Assembly (NCBI GenBank): GCA_964016885.1
Contig: CAXHJY010001327.1
Location: 186,001-250,000, forward strand
From: Eledone cirrhosa
Taxonomy: Eukaryota
Direction of reading: 5' to 3'
DNA length: 64,000 nt
Part shown: positions 1 to 13,300 of the stretch, piece by piece
How positions within the stretch are numbered: the stretch's first letter is position 1
How the letters are laid out: every line of letters starts with the position of its first letter
Notes under the pieces: generated by a model
What the model saw: only the letters and a program-made list of their open reading frames with translations
Databases searched by the model: none
Told to the model about the DNA's origin: nothing
Made by a program: the position numbers and the translations under genes

Positions 1-1990
1 AACTGTTACAATGAATATAAAACTAGGAATGACTGTTACAATGAAATATAGTTCTAGTAATGACTGTTACAATGAAATATAGTTCTAGTGATGACTGTTA
101 CAATGAATATAAAACTAGTAATGACTGTTATAATGAAATATAGAACTAGTAATGACTGTTTCAAAGAAATATAGAACTAGTAATGACTGTTACAATGAAA
201 TATAAAACTAGTAATGACTTATAATGAAATATAGAATTAGTAATGACTGTTACAATGAAATATAAAACTAGTAATGACTGTTACATGAAATATTGAACTA
301 GTATTGACTGTTACAATGAAATATAAAACTAGTAATGACTGTTACGATGAACTATAAAACAAGTAATGACTGTTACAATGAATATAAAACTAGTAATGAC
401 TGATACCATGAATATAAAACTAGTAATGACTTACCATGAATATAAAACTAGTAATGACTGTTACAATGAAATATAGTTCTAGTAATGACTGTTACAATGA
501 AATATAGTTCTAGTAATGACTGTTACAATGAAATATAGTTCTAGTAATGACTGTTACAATGAAATATAGAACTGGTAATGACTGTTACAATGAAATATAG
601 AACTAGTATTGACTGCGACAATGAAATATAGAATTAGTAATGACTGTCACAATGAAATATAGTTCTAGTAATGACTGTTACAATGAACTATAGAACTAGT
701 AATGACTGTTACAATGAAATATAGAACTAGTACTGACTGTTACAATGAAATATAGAACTAGTAATGACTGTTACAATGAAATATAGAACTAGTAATGACT
801 GTTACAATGAAATATAGAATTAGTAATGACTGTCACAATGAAATATAAAACTAGTAATGACTGTTACAATGAAATATAGAACTAGTAATGACTGTTACAT
901 TGAAATATAAAACTAGTAATGACTGTTATAATAAAATATAGTACTAGTAATGACTGTTACAATGAATATAAAACTAGTAATGACTGTTACAACGAATATA
1001 AAACTAGTAATGACTGATACAATGAATATAAAACTAGTAATGACTGTTACAATGAAATATAAAACAATCAATGACTGTTTCAATGAAAAATAGAACTAGT
1101 AATGACTGTTACAATGAAATATAGAACTAGTAATGACTGTTACAATGAAATATACAACTAGTAATAACTGTTACAATGGAATATAAAACTAGTAATGACT
1201 GTTTCAATGAAATATGGTAGTAGTAATAACTGTTATAATGAAATATAAAACTAGTAATGACTGTTACAATGAATATAAAACTAGTAATGACTGTTACAAT
1301 GAAATATAAAACTAGTAATGACTGTTTCATTGAAATATAGAACTAGTAATGACTGTTTCAATGAAATATAGAACTAGTAATGACTGTTTCAATGAAATAT
1401 AGAACTAGTAATGACTGTTACAATGAAATATAGAACTAGTAATGACTGTTACATTGAAATATAAAACTAGTAATGGCTATTACAATGAAACATAGAACTA
1501 GTAATGACTGTTACAATGAAATATAAAACTAGTAATGACTTATAATGAAACATAGAATTAGTAATGACTGTTACAATGAAATATAAAACTAGTAATGACT
1601 GTTACAATGTAATAATGAACTAGTAATGTTTGTTACAATGAAATATTAAACTAGTAATGACTGTTACAATGAAATATAGTACTAGTAATGACTGTTACAA
1701 TGAATATAAAACTAGTAATGACTGTTACAATGAATATAAAACTAGTAATGACTGTTACAATGAATATAAAACTAGTAATGACTGTTACAATGAATATAAA
1801 ACTAGTAATGACTGTTACAATGAATATAAAACTAGTAATGACTGTTATAATGAAATATAGAACTAGTAATGACTGTTACAATGAAATATAGAACTAGTAA
1901 TGACTGTTACATTGAAATATAAAACTAGTAATGGCTATTACAATGAAATATAGAACTAGTAATGACTGTTACATTGAAATATAAAACTAG
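1..1990 (+). repeat. Diverged copy of the block at ~5513-7700 (offset ~5.5-5.7 kb)
   Basis: The window start 'aactgttacaatgaatataaaactaggaatg' recurs at 5513. The marker caatcaatg is at 1065 and 6608, and gtttgttac at 1628 and 7291. The offset drifts by whole monomers (5512, 5543, 5663). Confidence 0.8.
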
Positions 1991-4900
1991 TAATGGCTTT
2001 TACAATGAAATATAGAACTAGTAATGACTGTTACAATGAAATATAAAACTAGTAATGACGGTTACAATGAAATATAGAACTAGTAATGACTGTTACAATG
2101 AAAGATAGAACTAGTAATGACTGTTACGATGAAATATAGAACTAGTAATGACTGTTACAATGAAATATAGAATTAGTAATGACTGTCACAATGAAATATA
2201 AAACTAGTAATGACTGTTACAATGAAATATAGAACTAGTAATGACTGTTACTTTGAAATATAAAACTAGTAATGACTGTTATAATAAAATATAGTACTAG
2301 TAATGACTGTTACAATGAATATAAAACTAGTAATGACTGTTACAACTAATATAAAACTAGTAATCACTGTTACAATGAAATATAAAACAATCAATGACTG
2401 TTTCAATGAAAAATAGAACTAGTAATGACTGTTACAATGAAATACAGAACTAGTAATGACTGTTACAATGAAATATACAACTAGTAATAACTGTTACGAT
2501 GAAATATAAAACTAGTAATGACTGTTTCAATGAAATATGGTACTAGTAATAACTGTTATAATGAAATATAAAACTAGTAATGACTGTTACAATGAATATA
2601 AAACTAGTAATGACTGTTACAATGAAATATAAAACTAGTAATGACTGTTACAATGAAATATAGAACTAGTAATAACTCTTACAATGAATATAAAACTAGT
2701 AATGACTGTTACAAGGAATATAAAACTAGTAATGACTTATAATGAAATATAGAACTAGTAATGACTGTTACAATGAAATATAGAACTAGTAATGACTGTT
2801 ACAATGAAATATAGAACTAGTAATGACTGTTACATTGATATATAAAACTAGTAATGGCTATTACAATGAAATATAGAACTAGTAATGACTGTTACAATGA
2901 AATATAAAACTAGTAATGACTGTTACAATGAAATATAGTACTAGAATTGACTGTTACAATGAATATAAAACTAGTAATGACTGTTACCATGAATATAAAA
3001 CTAGTAATGACTGTTACCATGAATATAAAACTAGTAATGACTTTTACAATGAAATATAGGTCTAGTAATGACTGTTACAATGAAATATAGTTCTAGTAAT
3101 GACTGTTACAATGAAATATAGAACTGCTAATGACTGTTGCAATGAAATATAAAACTAGTAATGACCGTTACAATGAAATAGAGAACAGTAATGACTGTTA
3201 CAATGAATATAAAACTAGTAATGACTGTTACAATGAAATATAGTTCTAGTAATGACTGTTACAATGAAATATAGTTCTAGTAATGACTGTTACGATGAAT
3301 ATAAAACTAGTAATGACTGTTATAATGAAATATAGAACTAGTAATGACTGTTTCAAAGAAATATAGTACTAGTAATGACTGTTACAATGAAATATAGAAC
3401 TAGTAATGACTGTTACAATGAAATATAAAACTAGTAATGACTGTTACGATGAACTATAAAACTAGTAATGACTGTTACAATGAATATAAAACTAGTAATG
3501 ACTGTTACCATGAATATAAAACTAGTAATGACTTACCATGAATATAAAACTAGTAATGACTGTTACAATGAAATATAGTTCTAGTAATGACTGTTACAAT
3601 GAAATATAGTTCTAGTAATGACTGTCACAATGAAATATAGAACTGGTAATGACTGTTACAATGAAATATAGAACTAGTATTGACTGCGACAATGAAATAT
3701 AGAATTAGTAATGACTGTCACAATGAAATATAGTTCTAGTAATGACTGTTACGATGAAATATAGAACTAGTAATGACTGTTACAATGAAATATAGAACTA
3801 GTAATGACTGTTACAATGAAATATAGAACTAGTAATGACTGTTACAATGAAATATAGAACTAGTAATGACTGTTACAATGAAATATAGAATTAGTAATGA
3901 CTGTCACAATGAAATATAAAATTAGTAATGACTGTTACAATGAAATATAGAACTAGTAATGACTGTTACAATGAAATATAGAACTAGTAATGACTGTTAC
4001 ATTGAAATATAAAACTAGTAATGACTGTTATAATAAAATATAGTACTAGTAATGACTGTTACAATGAATATAAAACTAGTAATGACTGTTACAACGAATA
4101 TAAAACTAGTAATGACTGTTACAATGAATATAAAACTAGTAATGACTGTTACAATGAAATATAAAACAATCAATGACTGTTTCAATGAAAAATAGAACTA
4201 GTAATGACTGTTTCAATGAAAAATAGAACTAGTAATGACTGTTACAATGAAATATAGAACTAGTAATGACTGTTACAATGAAATATACAACTAGTAATAA
4301 CTGTTACAATGAAATATAAAACTAGTAATGACTGTTTCAATGAAATATGGTACTAGTAATAAATGTTATAATGAAATATAAAACTAGTAATGACTGTTAC
4401 AATGAATATAAAACTAGTAATGACTGTTACAATGAAATATAAAACTAGTAATGACCGTTACGATGAAATATAAAACTAGTAATGACTGTTACAATGAAAT
4501 ATAAAACTAGAAATGACTGTTACAATGAATATAAAACTAGTAATGACTGTTACAAGGAATATAAAACTAGTAATGACTGTTACAAGGAATATAAAACTAG
4601 TAATGACTGTTACAAGGAATATAAAACTAGTAATGACAATGAAATATAGAACTAGTAATGACTGTTACAATGAAATATAGAACTAGTAATGACTGTTACA
4701 ATGAATATAAAACTAGTAATGACTGTTACAATGAATATAAAACTAGTAATGACTGTTCCAATGAATATAAAACTAGTAATGACTGTTACAATGAATATAA
4801 AACTAGTAATGACTGTTACAATGAATATAAAACTAGTAATGACTGTTATAATGAAATATAGAACTAGTAATGACTGTTACAATGAAATATAGAACTAGTA

Positions 4901-5039
4901 ATAACTCTTACAATGAATATAAAACTAGTAATGACTGTTACAAGGAATATAAAACTAGTAATGAATTGTAATGAAATATAGAACTAGTAATGACTGTTAC
5001 AATGAAATATAGAACTAGTAATGACTGTTACATTGAAAT

Positions 5040-8000
5040 ATAAAACTAGTAATGGCTATTACAATGAAATATAGAACTAGCAATGACTTACAATGAAATA
5101 TAAAACTAGTAATGACTTATAATGAAATATAGAATTAGTAATGACTGTTACAATGAAATATAAAACTAGTAATGACTGTTACAATGAAATAATGAACTAG
5201 TAATGACTGTTACAATGAAATAATGAACTAGGAATGACTGTTACAATGAAATATAAAACTAGTAATGACTGTTACGATGAAATATAGTACTAGAATTGAC
5301 TGTTACAATGAATATAAAACTAGTAATGACTGTTACCATGAATATAAAACTAGTAATGCCTTTTACAATGAAATATAGTTCTAGTAATGACTGTTACAAT
5401 GAAATATAGTTCTAGTAATGACTGTTACAATGAAATATAGAACTGGTAATGACTGTTACAATGAAATATAAAACTAGTAATGACTGTTACAATAAAATAG
5501 ATAACTAGTAATAACTGTTACAATGAATATAAAACTAGGAATGACTGTTACAATGAAATATAGTTCTAGTAATGACTGTTACAATGAAATATAGTTCTAG
5601 TAATGACTGTTACAATGAATATAAAACTAGTAATGACTGTTATAATGAAATATAGAACTAGTAATGACTGTTTCAAAGAAATATAGAACTAGTAATGACT
5701 GTTACAATGAAATATAGAACTAGTAATGACTGTTACAATGAAATATAGAACTAGTAATGACTGTTACAATGAAATATAAAACTAGTAATGACTTATAATG
5801 AAATATAGAATTAGTAATGACTGTTACAATGAAATATAAAACTAGTAATGACTGTTACATGAAATATTGAACTAGTATTGACTGTTACAATGAAATATAA
5901 AACTAGTAATGACTGTTACGATGAACTATAAAACTAGTAATGACTGTTACAATGAATATAAAACTAGTAATGACTGATACCATGAATATAAAACTAGTAA
6001 TGACTTACCATGAATATAAAACTAGTAATGACTGTTACAATGAAATATAGTTCTAGTAATGACTGTTACAATGAAATATAGTTCTAGTAATGACTGTTAC
6101 AATGAAATATAGTTCTAGTAATGACTGTTACAATGAAATATAGAACTGGTAATGACTGTTACAATGAAATATAGAACTAGTATTGACTGCGACAATGAAA
6201 TATAGAATTAGTAATGACTGTCACAATGAAATATAGTTCTAGTAATGACTGTTACAATGAAATATAGAACTAGTAATGACTGTTACAATGAAATATAGAA
6301 CTAGTACTGACTGTTACAATGAAATATAGAACTAGTAATGACTGTTACAATGAAATATAGAATTAGTAATGACTGTCACAATGAAATATAAAACTAGTAA
6401 TGACTGTTACAATGAAATATAGAACTAGTAATGACTGTTACATTGAAATATAAAACTAGTAATGACTGTTATAATAAAATATAGTACTAGTAATGACTGT
6501 TACAATGAATATAAAACTAGTAATGACTGTTACAACGAATATAAAACTAGTAATGACTGATACAATGAATATAAAACTAGTAATGACTGTTACAATGAAA
6601 TATAAAACAATCAATGACTGTTTCAATGAAAAATAGAACTAGTAATGACTGTTACAATGAAATATACAACTAGTAATGACTGTTACAATGAAATATACAA
6701 CTAGTAATAACTGTTACAATGGAATATAAAACTAGTAATGACTGTTTCAATGAAATATGGTAGTAGTAATAACTGTTATAATGAAATATAAAACTAGTAA
6801 TGACTGTTACAATGAATATAAAACTAGTAATGACTGTTACAATGAAATATAAAACTAGTAATGACTGTTACAATGAAATATAAAACTAGTAATGACTGTT
6901 ACAATGAATATAAAACTAGTAATGACTGTTACAAGGAATATAAAACTAGTAATGACTGTTACAAGGAATATAAAACTAGTAATGACTGTTACAAGGAATA
7001 TAAAACTAGTAATGACCGTTTCAATGAAATATAGAACTAGTAATGACTGTTTCAATGAAATATAGAACTAGTAATGACTGTTACAATGAAATATAGAACT
7101 AGTAATGACTGTTACATTGAAATATAAAACTAGTAATGGCTATTACAATGAAATATAGAACTAGTAATGACTGTTACAATGAAATATAAAACTAGTAATG
7201 ACTTATAATGAAACATAGAATTAGTAATGACTGTTACAATGAAATATAAAACTAGTAATGACTGTTACAATGTAATAATGAACTAGTAATGTTTGTTACA
7301 ATGAAATATTAAACTAGTAATGACTGTTACAATGAAATATAGTACTAGTAATGACTGTTACAATGAATATAAAACTAGTAATGACTGTTACAATGAATAT
7401 AAAACTAGTAATGACTGTTACAATGAATATAAAACTAGTAATGACTGTTACAATGAATATAAAATTAGTAATGACTGTTATAATGAAATATAGAACTAGT
7501 AATGACTGTTACAATGAAATATAAAACTAGTAATGAGTGTTATAATGAAATATAGAACTAGTAATGACTGTTACAATGAAATATAGAACTAGTAATGACT
7601 GTTACATTGAAATATAAAACTAGTAATGGCTATTACAATGAAATATAGAACTAGTAATGACTGTTACATTGAAATATAAAACTAGTAATGGCTATTACAA
7701 TGAAATATAGAACTAGCAATGACTTACAATGAAATATAAAACTAGTAATGACTTATAATGAAATATAGAATTAGTAATGACTGTTACAATGAAATATAAA
7801 ACTAGTAATGACTGTTACAATGAAATAATGAACTAGTAATGACTGTTACAATGAAATAATGAACTAGGAATGACTGTTACATTGAAATATAAAACTAGTA
7901 ATGACTGTTACGATGAAATATAGTACTAGAATTGACTGTTACAATGAATATAAAACTAGTAATGACAGTTACCATGAATATAAAACTAGTAATGCCTTTT

Positions 8001-10320
8001 ACAATGAAATATAGTTCTAGTAATGACTGTTACAATGAAATATAGTTCTAGTAATGACTGTTACAATGAAATATAGAACTGGTAATGACTGTTACAATGA
8101 AATATAAAACTAGTAATGACTGTTACAATGAAATAGATAACTAGTAATAACTGTTACAATGAATATAAAACTAGGAATGACTGTTACAATGAAATATAGT
8201 TCTAGTAATGACTGTTACAATGAAATATAGTTCTAGTAATGACTGTTACAATGAATATAAAACTAGTAATGACTGTTATAATGAAATATAGAACTAGTAA
8301 TGACTGTTTCAAAGAAATATAGAACTAGTAATGACTGTTACAATGAAATATAGAACTAGTAATGACTGTTACATTGAATTATAAAACTAGTAATGGCTGT
8401 TACAATGAAATATAGAACTAGTAATGACTGTTACAATGAAATATAAAACTAGTAATGACTGTTACAATGAAATATAAAACTAGTAATGACTTATAATGAA
8501 ATATAGAATTAGTAATGACTGTTACAATGAAATATAAAACTAGTAATGACTGTTACATGAAATATTGAACTAGTATTGACTGTTACAATGAAATATAAAA
8601 CTAGTAATGACTGTTACGATGAACTATAAAACTAGTAATGACTGTTACAATGAATATAAAACTAGTAATGACTGATACCATGAATATAAAACTAGTAATG
8701 ACTTACCATGAATATAAAACTAGTAATGACTGTTACAATGAAATATAGTTCTAGTAATGACTGTTACAATGAAATATAGTTCTAGTAATGACTGTTACAA
8801 TGAAATATAGAACTTGTAATGACTGTTACAATGAAATATAGAACTAGTATTGACTGCGACAATGAAATATAGAATTAGTAATGACTGTCACAATGAAATA
8901 TAGTTCTAGTAATGACTGTTACAATGAAATATAGAACTAGTAATGACTGTTACAATGAAATATAGAACTAGTACTGACTGTTACAATGAAATATAGAACT
9001 AGTAATGACTGTTACAATGAAATATAGAATTAGTAATGACTGTCACAATGAAATATAAAACTAGTAATGACTGTTACAATGAAATATAGAACTAGTAATG
9101 ACTGTTACATTGAAATATAAAACTAGTAATGACTGTTATAATAAAATATAGTACTAGTAATGACTGTTACAATGAATATAAAACTAGTAATGACTGTTAC
9201 AACGAATATAAAACTAGTAATGACTGATACAATGAATATAAAACTAGTAATGACTGTTACAATGAAATATAAAACAATCAATGACTGTTTCAATGAAAAA
9301 TAGAACTAGTAATGACTGTTACAATGAAATATACAACTAGTAATGACTGTTACAATGAAATATACAACTAGTAATAACTGTTACAATGGAATATAAAACT
9401 AGTAATGACTGTTTCAATGAAATATGGTAGTAGTAATAACTGTTATAATGAAATATAAAACTAGTAATGACTGTTACAATGAATATAAAACTAGTAATGA
9501 CTGTTACAATGAAATATAAAACTAGTAATGACTGTTACAATGAAATATAAAACTAGTAATGACTTTTACAATGAATATAAAACTAGTAATGACTGTTACA
9601 AGGAATATAAAACTAGTAATGACTGTTACAAGGAATATAAAACTAATAATGACTGTTACAAGGAATATAAAACTAGTAATGACTGTTTCAATGAAATATA
9701 GAACTAGTAATGACTGTTTCAATGAAATATAGAACTAGTAATGACTGTTACAATGAAATATAGAACTAGTAATGACTGTTACATTGAAATATAAAACTAG
9801 TAATGGCTATTACAATGAAATATAGAACTAGTAATGACTGTTACAATGAAATATAAAACTAGTAATGACTTATAATGAAACATAGAATTAGTAATGACTG
9901 TTACAATGAAATATAAAACTAGTAATGACTGTTACAATGTAATAATGAACTAGTAATGTTTGTTACAATGAAATATTAAACTAGTAATGACTGTTACAAT
10001 AAAATATAGTACTAGTAATGACTGTTACAATGAATATAAAACTAGTAATGACTGTTACAATGAATATAAAACTAGTAATGACTGTTACAATGAATATAAA
10101 ATTAGTAATGACTGTTATAATGAAATATAGAACTAGTAATGACTGTTACAATGAAATATAGAACTAGTAATGAGTGTTATAATGAAATATAGAACTAGTA
10201 ATGACTGTTACAATGAAATATAGAACTAGTAATGACTGTTACATTGAAATATAAAACTAGTAATGGCTATTACAATGAAATATAGAACTAGTAATGACTG
10301 TTACATTGAAATATAAAACT
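5040..10320 (+). repeat. Tandem higher-order duplication, unit ~2.64-2.67 kb (~86-87 monomers), 2 copies
   Basis: Markers (ag)caatgactta at 5081/7717 and gccttttac at 5358/7994 give offset 2636. Markers caatcaatg at 6608/9275 and gtttgttac at 7291/9958 give offset 2667 (one extra monomer). Confidence 0.85.
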
Positions 10321-13300
10321 AGTAATGGCTTTTACAATGAAATATAGAACTAGTAATGACTGTTACAATGAAATATAAAACTAGTAATGACTTATAATGA
10401 AATATAGAATTAGTAATGACTGTTACAATGAAATATAAAACTAGTAATGACTGTTACAATGAAATATTGAACAAGTAATGACTGTTACAATGAAATATAA
10501 AACTAGTAATGACTGTTACAATGAATATAAAACTAGTAATGACTGTTACAATGAAATATAAAACTAGTAATGACTGTTACAATGAAATATAGAACTAGTA
10601 ATAACTGTTACAATGAATATAAAACTAGTAATGACTGTTACAAGGAATATAAAACTAGTAATGACTGTTACAAGGAATATAAAACTAGTAATGACTGTTA
10701 CAAGGAATATAAAACTAGTAATGACTGTTACAAGGAATATAAAACTAGTAATGACTTATAATGAAATATAGAACTAGTAATGACTGTTTCAATGAAATAT
10801 AGAACTAGTAATGACTGTTACAATGAATATAAAACTAGTAATGACTGTTCCAATGAATATAAAACTAGTAATAACTGTTACAATGAATATAAAACTAGTA
10901 ATGACTGTTACAATGAATATAAAACTAGTAATGACTGTTACAATGAATATAAAACTAGTAATGACTATTATAATGAAATATAGAACAAGTAATGACTGTT
11001 ACAATGAAATATAGAACTAGTAATGACTGTTACATTGAAATATAAAACTAGTAATGGCTATTACAATGAAATATAGAACTAGTAATGACTGTTACAATGA
11101 AATATAGAACTAGTAATGACTGTTACAATCAAATATAAAACTAGTAATGACTGTTACAATCAAATATAAAACTAGTAATGACTTATAATGAAATATAGAA
11201 TTAGTAATGACTGTTACAATGAAATATAAAACTAGTAATGACTGTTACAATGAAATATAGTACTAGTAATGACTGTTACAATGAATATAAAACTAGTAAT
11301 GACTGTTACCATGAATATAAAACTAGTAATGACTGTTACAATGAAATATAGTTCTAGTAATGACTGTTACAAAGAAATATAGAACTGGTAATGACTGTTA
11401 CAATGAAATATAAAACTAGTAATGACTGTTACAATGAAATATAAAACTAATAATGACTTATAATGAAATATAGAATTAGTAATGACTGTTACAATGAAAT
11501 ATAAAACTAGTAATGACTGTTACAATGAAATATAAAACTAGTAATGACTGTTACAATGAACTATAAAACTAGTAATGACCGTTACAATGAACTATAAAAC
11601 TAGTAATGACTGTTACAATGAAATATAGTACTAGAAATGACTGTTACAATGAATATAAAACTAGTAATGACTGTTACCATGAATATAAAACTAGTAATGA
11701 CTTACCATGAATATAAAACTAGTAATGACTGTTACAATGAAATATAGTTCTAGTAATGACTGTTACAATGAAATATAGTTCTAGTAATGACTGTTACAAT
11801 GAAATATAGAACTGGTAATGACTGTTACAATGAAATATAGAACTAGTAATGACTGTTACAATGAAATATAGAACTAGTATTGACTGCGACAATGAAATAT
11901 AGAATTAGTAATGACTGTCACAATGAAATATAGTTCTAGTAATGACTGTTACAATGAAATATAGAACTAGTAATGACTGTTACAATGAAATATAGAACTA
12001 GTAATGACTGTTACAATGAAATATAGAACTAGTAATGACTGTTACAATGAAATATAGAACTAGTAATGACTGTTACAATGAAATATAGAATTAGGAATGA
12101 CCGTCACAATGAAATATAAAACTAGTAATGACTGTAACAATGAAATATAGAACTAGTAATGACTGTTACAATGAAATATAAAACTAGTAATGACTGTTAC
12201 AATGAATATAAAACTAGTAATGACTGTTACAATGAAATATAAAACTAGTAATGACTGTTACATTGAAATATAAAACTAGTAATGGCTATTACAATGAAAT
12301 ATAGAACTAGTAATGACTGTTACAATGAAATATAAAACTAGTAATGACTTATAATGAAATATAGTACTAGTAATGATTGTTACAATGAATATAAAACTAG
12401 TAATGACTGTTACCATGAATATGAAACTAGTAATGACTGTTACGATGAATATAAATCTAGTAATGACTGTTACAATGAATATAAAACTAGTAATGACTGT
12501 TACATTGAAATATAAAACTAGTAATGGCTATTACAATGAAATATAGAACTAGTAATGACTGTTACATTGAAATATAAAACTAGTAATGGCTTTTACAATG
12601 AAATATAGAACTAGTAATGACTGTTATAATGAATATAAAACTAGTAATGACTGTTATAATGAAATATAGAACTAGTAATGACTGTTACAATGAAATATAG
12701 AACTAGTAATGACTGTTACAATGAAATATAGAACTAGTAATGACTGTTACAATGAAATATAGAACTAGTAATGACTGTTACATTGAAATATAAAACTAGT
12801 AATGGCTATTACAATGAAATATAGAACTAGTAATGACTGTTACATTGAAATATAAAACTAGTAATGGCTTTTACAATGAAATATAGAACTTGTAATGACT
12901 GTTACAATGAAATATAAAACTAGTAATGACTTATAATGAAATATAGAATTAGTAATGACTGTTACAATGAAATATAAAACTAGTAATGACTGTTACAATG
13001 AAATATTGAACAAGTAATGACTGTTACAATGAAATATAAAACTAGTAATGACTGTTACAACGAACTATAAAACTAGTAATGACTGTTACAATGAAATATA
13101 GTACTAGAAATGACTGTTACAATGAATATAAAACTAGTAATGACTGTTACCATGAATATAAAACTAGTAATGACTTACCATGAATATAAAACTAGTAATG
13201 ACTGTTACAATGAAAAATAGTTCTAGTAATGACTGTTACAATGAAATATAGTTCTAGTAATGACTGTTATAATGAAATATAGAACTGGTAATGACTGTTA

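Noticed and set aside
1127-1330. Minus-strand hydrophobic ORFs (VTVITSFIF repeats), also at 6855-7055 and 9522-9722
   Set aside because: These are reverse-strand translations of the satellite. The hydrophobicity follows from T-richness, and the starts come from chance variants.
1657-1891. Plus-strand ORFs encoding (YKTSNDCYNE)n or (MTVTMNIKLV)n, also at 4658-4892, 10570-11014, 38557-38760 and 39809-40000
   Set aside because: They appear wherever several 30-bp monomers are adjacent (length divisible by 3) and end soon after 31-mers resume. Overlapping frames are equally open, and there is no gene context.
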